DNA of 63,963 nucleotides, counting the filler, from Basidioascus undulatus (taxonomy: Eukaryota): NCBI GenBank assembly GCA_000826855.1. It is 12 parts of 12 records of this genome, joined end to end, with 100 filler letters (N's around TTAATTAATTAA, not from the genome) between each part and the next. Parts side by side here need not be neighbours in the genome. Positions count along the whole stretch, not along the records: positions 60,832 to 63,963 come from JTLS01002497.1; 11 more parts are not named here. The stretch is one strand, 5' to 3'. The notes beneath the pieces are model-generated. The model was not told the DNA's origin, made no database searches, and worked only from the letters and a program-made list of their open reading frames with translations. Below, in pieces: positions 62,122-63,963 of the stretch (positions are counted from its first letter, which is position 1; every line of letters begins with the position of its first letter). A program made the translations under genes and the position numbers.

Positions 62122-63425
62122 ATGTACAGGCGTCTGGGAGGAGGCGCGTGCGGCAACGGAGGTGGTGGGGTCGCGCCGCTCATCGCCTCGCGCTCCAAGC
62201 TCTTCGCTTCCCGGCTGCCCTCGATATCTGACGTCGCGCTCGCCATTGCAGACGACGATCCCGACGCGGCCGAGGACGACTACGGCGCCTGCGACGACGA
62301 GCGCGACCCCACTGTCTTTAGTTCCCTTAATTCTCCGTCCACGCGCCTCCCCCTGGCCAGGTTCCACCACGTCCGCCCCTGGTCCTCGTCCTCGTCCTCG
62401 TCCCTAAGTCCCCATCTCCCTCCCGGATCTCCACGCCAGGCTGCACGTCCCCAGCGAGTCCGCCATTGATGGACTCGTTGAGCGATAAGCTGCACGCCAG
62501 CAGCTACCGGCTCTCCAAGATCCAGCTCCCCTCCGCCCTCTTCGCCTCGCACGCCGCGTCCGCCAACCTCGCCCCAGACGACGCGTCCTCGCCGCGCCCG
62601 CCGCCCACCCCAGCCAAGGACCCGCGGTACCTGCGCTCCACGGACTCGCTGCCGATGATCCACAATGTCGACCAGGACGACCACCTCGCCCACGGCGCGT
62701 CCGGGTCCGGCATGAGCTCCATCAACGCCGCGTCGCTCAAGAAGCGCTTCGGCCTGCCGAAGCACTTCATGCGCCGCAGCCCTAGCAAGGGCTACAGCGG
62801 GTCGGCGTCGGGGCATGGGGATGATGGGCTGAGCGAGAGGGATAGTTATGAGGGCGACGCGTCGATCAGCTTGCCGGAGAAGACCGAGGTGAGTCTGCGC
62901 TTGTCCAGCTGGCACGATGGGCCATCTTTGGATCTTGGCTGAATGTGCATGGGCGGGCCACAGCACCTCATTCACGTCGACGAGCACATGACGGGCTTGC
63001 CTCCGTCCTGGGCGGCGCAGTTGCATCAGCTGGGCTACTCCGAGGAGCAGGTCATGGCGATGCGGCAGCGCAAGTCGTCCATAGGCTCCTCCATCCGCGT
63101 CCCCACGTCCTCCACTCCTCCCCTCTCCACCTCATCCTCTTCCATCGCCGACTCCCTCCCGCGCTTCAGCCTCCAAGTCCCTGCGCTCGAGGTCCCGTCC
63201 ACCGACGACGGCAACAGCTGGAGCGCGGGCGTGCTCTCCGCGCTAGACAGCAAGGAGGAGCGCAGGCCAGATCCGTCCCGGAGCAGCAGCTTGGCGGATC
63301 CGAGCCCCCCACAAGCTCCTCTCCCGAGAAATCCGCCTAGGAGCGCGTCGCTTGGCGCGGAACCCATCCTGCGCGCAGAGACGCCGCGTGCCGCGACGCC
63401 GCGCGCTCCGACGCCCACGCGACCC
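62122..63425 (+). CDS. CRIB/PBD (Cdc42/Rac-binding) domain protein, truncated; start uncertain
   Basis: Spliced ISLPEKTE|HLIHVDEHMTGLPPSWAAQLHQLGYSEEQ matches the CRIB plus autoinhibitory segment pattern. Confidence 0.65.
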
Positions 63426-63584
63426 CTTCCGCAACAAACTGTACCCCGCCCACCCGCTCCCCAGGATGACCAGCCGCTCCTTCGTCTGCCGCGGCGGGCT
63501 CGCGCCGAGCTGGAGGCTGAGCGTCCGCTTGGGGAGGGGAACGAGGCTCCGCGCGGTCGTCTTCGCGGACGTCAGGGGACGCAT
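63422..63584 (-). CDS. Type-II NADH dehydrogenase (Nde/Ndi-like), N-terminal fragment only
   Basis: Mitochondrial-type presequence then KERLVILGSGWAGYSLLRK (first Rossmann motif). The rest is absent. Confidence 0.7.
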
Positions 63585-63963
63585 GTGTTCAAGTTTCTTA
63601 AGTGCTTTAATAGAGTGAATGAATCAGAGAAAAGAGAAGGATGCGAAGGGAGAAGACCGGTTGAGTCGCCGTGTTCCGGGAGCCGGCGAGGATCGCGAGA
63701 AGTGTCGGAGGTGGGGAGAAGGTGGTGTCGGCCGTGAGCGAGAGCTACAGGCGATATGGCGAGCGCAATGACGCAAGATCGACGTCGAAGTTGCGGGCGT
63801 TATCTTTGGACGACGCAAGACGACGCGCACATCGTAAACATCGCTTGCATGTGCATGTTGCAGTAGAGATACAAGCATACAACAAAAGGCAAACAAACGA
63901 ACAAGCAGAAAGGTCGAGCGAAGCAAAAGAAGAAAGTATAAACCCCTCCTTACTAACGCAGCT

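Overview
Eukaryotic, intron-rich, GC-rich fungal DNA. GT(G/C/A)CGT donors, CTGAC/CTAAC-type branch points and C-rich introns suggest a basidiomycete, probably Pucciniomycotina/Microbotryomycetes-like (inference). The window is not one locus. It is 12 assembly contigs (one 24.5-kb piece and eleven of about 3.1-3.5 kb) joined by artificial 100-nt N44-TTAATTAATTAA-N44 linkers, so neighbourhoods across linkers mean nothing. Recognisable genes: multi-LIM protein, Rab5/Vps21, GST-like, AP-3 sigma, fructosyl-amine/sarcosine-oxidase family enzyme, tRNA-Ser(AGA), EH-domain Ede1-like, CENP-W-like, PKA catalytic subunit, Oma1, phage-type ATP-dependent DNA ligase, quinone oxidoreductase, beta-tubulin, LKR/AASS, Cox24/mS38, Ubc9, Emg1/Nep1, Dus2, Boi-like SH3 protein, aldo-keto reductase, CRIB protein and type-II NADH dehydrogenase. 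The most notable structure is hidden from the ORF track by introns: four dispersed Rap1-like BRCT+Myb genes within about 20 kb of contig 1. They share intron positions, and three form a divergent, decaying subfamily. Other points of interest are an intron-containing T4-like ligase, a compact kinase/APH-kinase cassette with atypical codon usage, a strongly CpG-depleted satellite-like block, an LTR-like terminus shared by two contigs, and two tail-to-tail mid-gene junctions. Many single-base frameshifts fall in homopolymers and may be sequencing errors. All family assignments are manual motif recognition, not database results.
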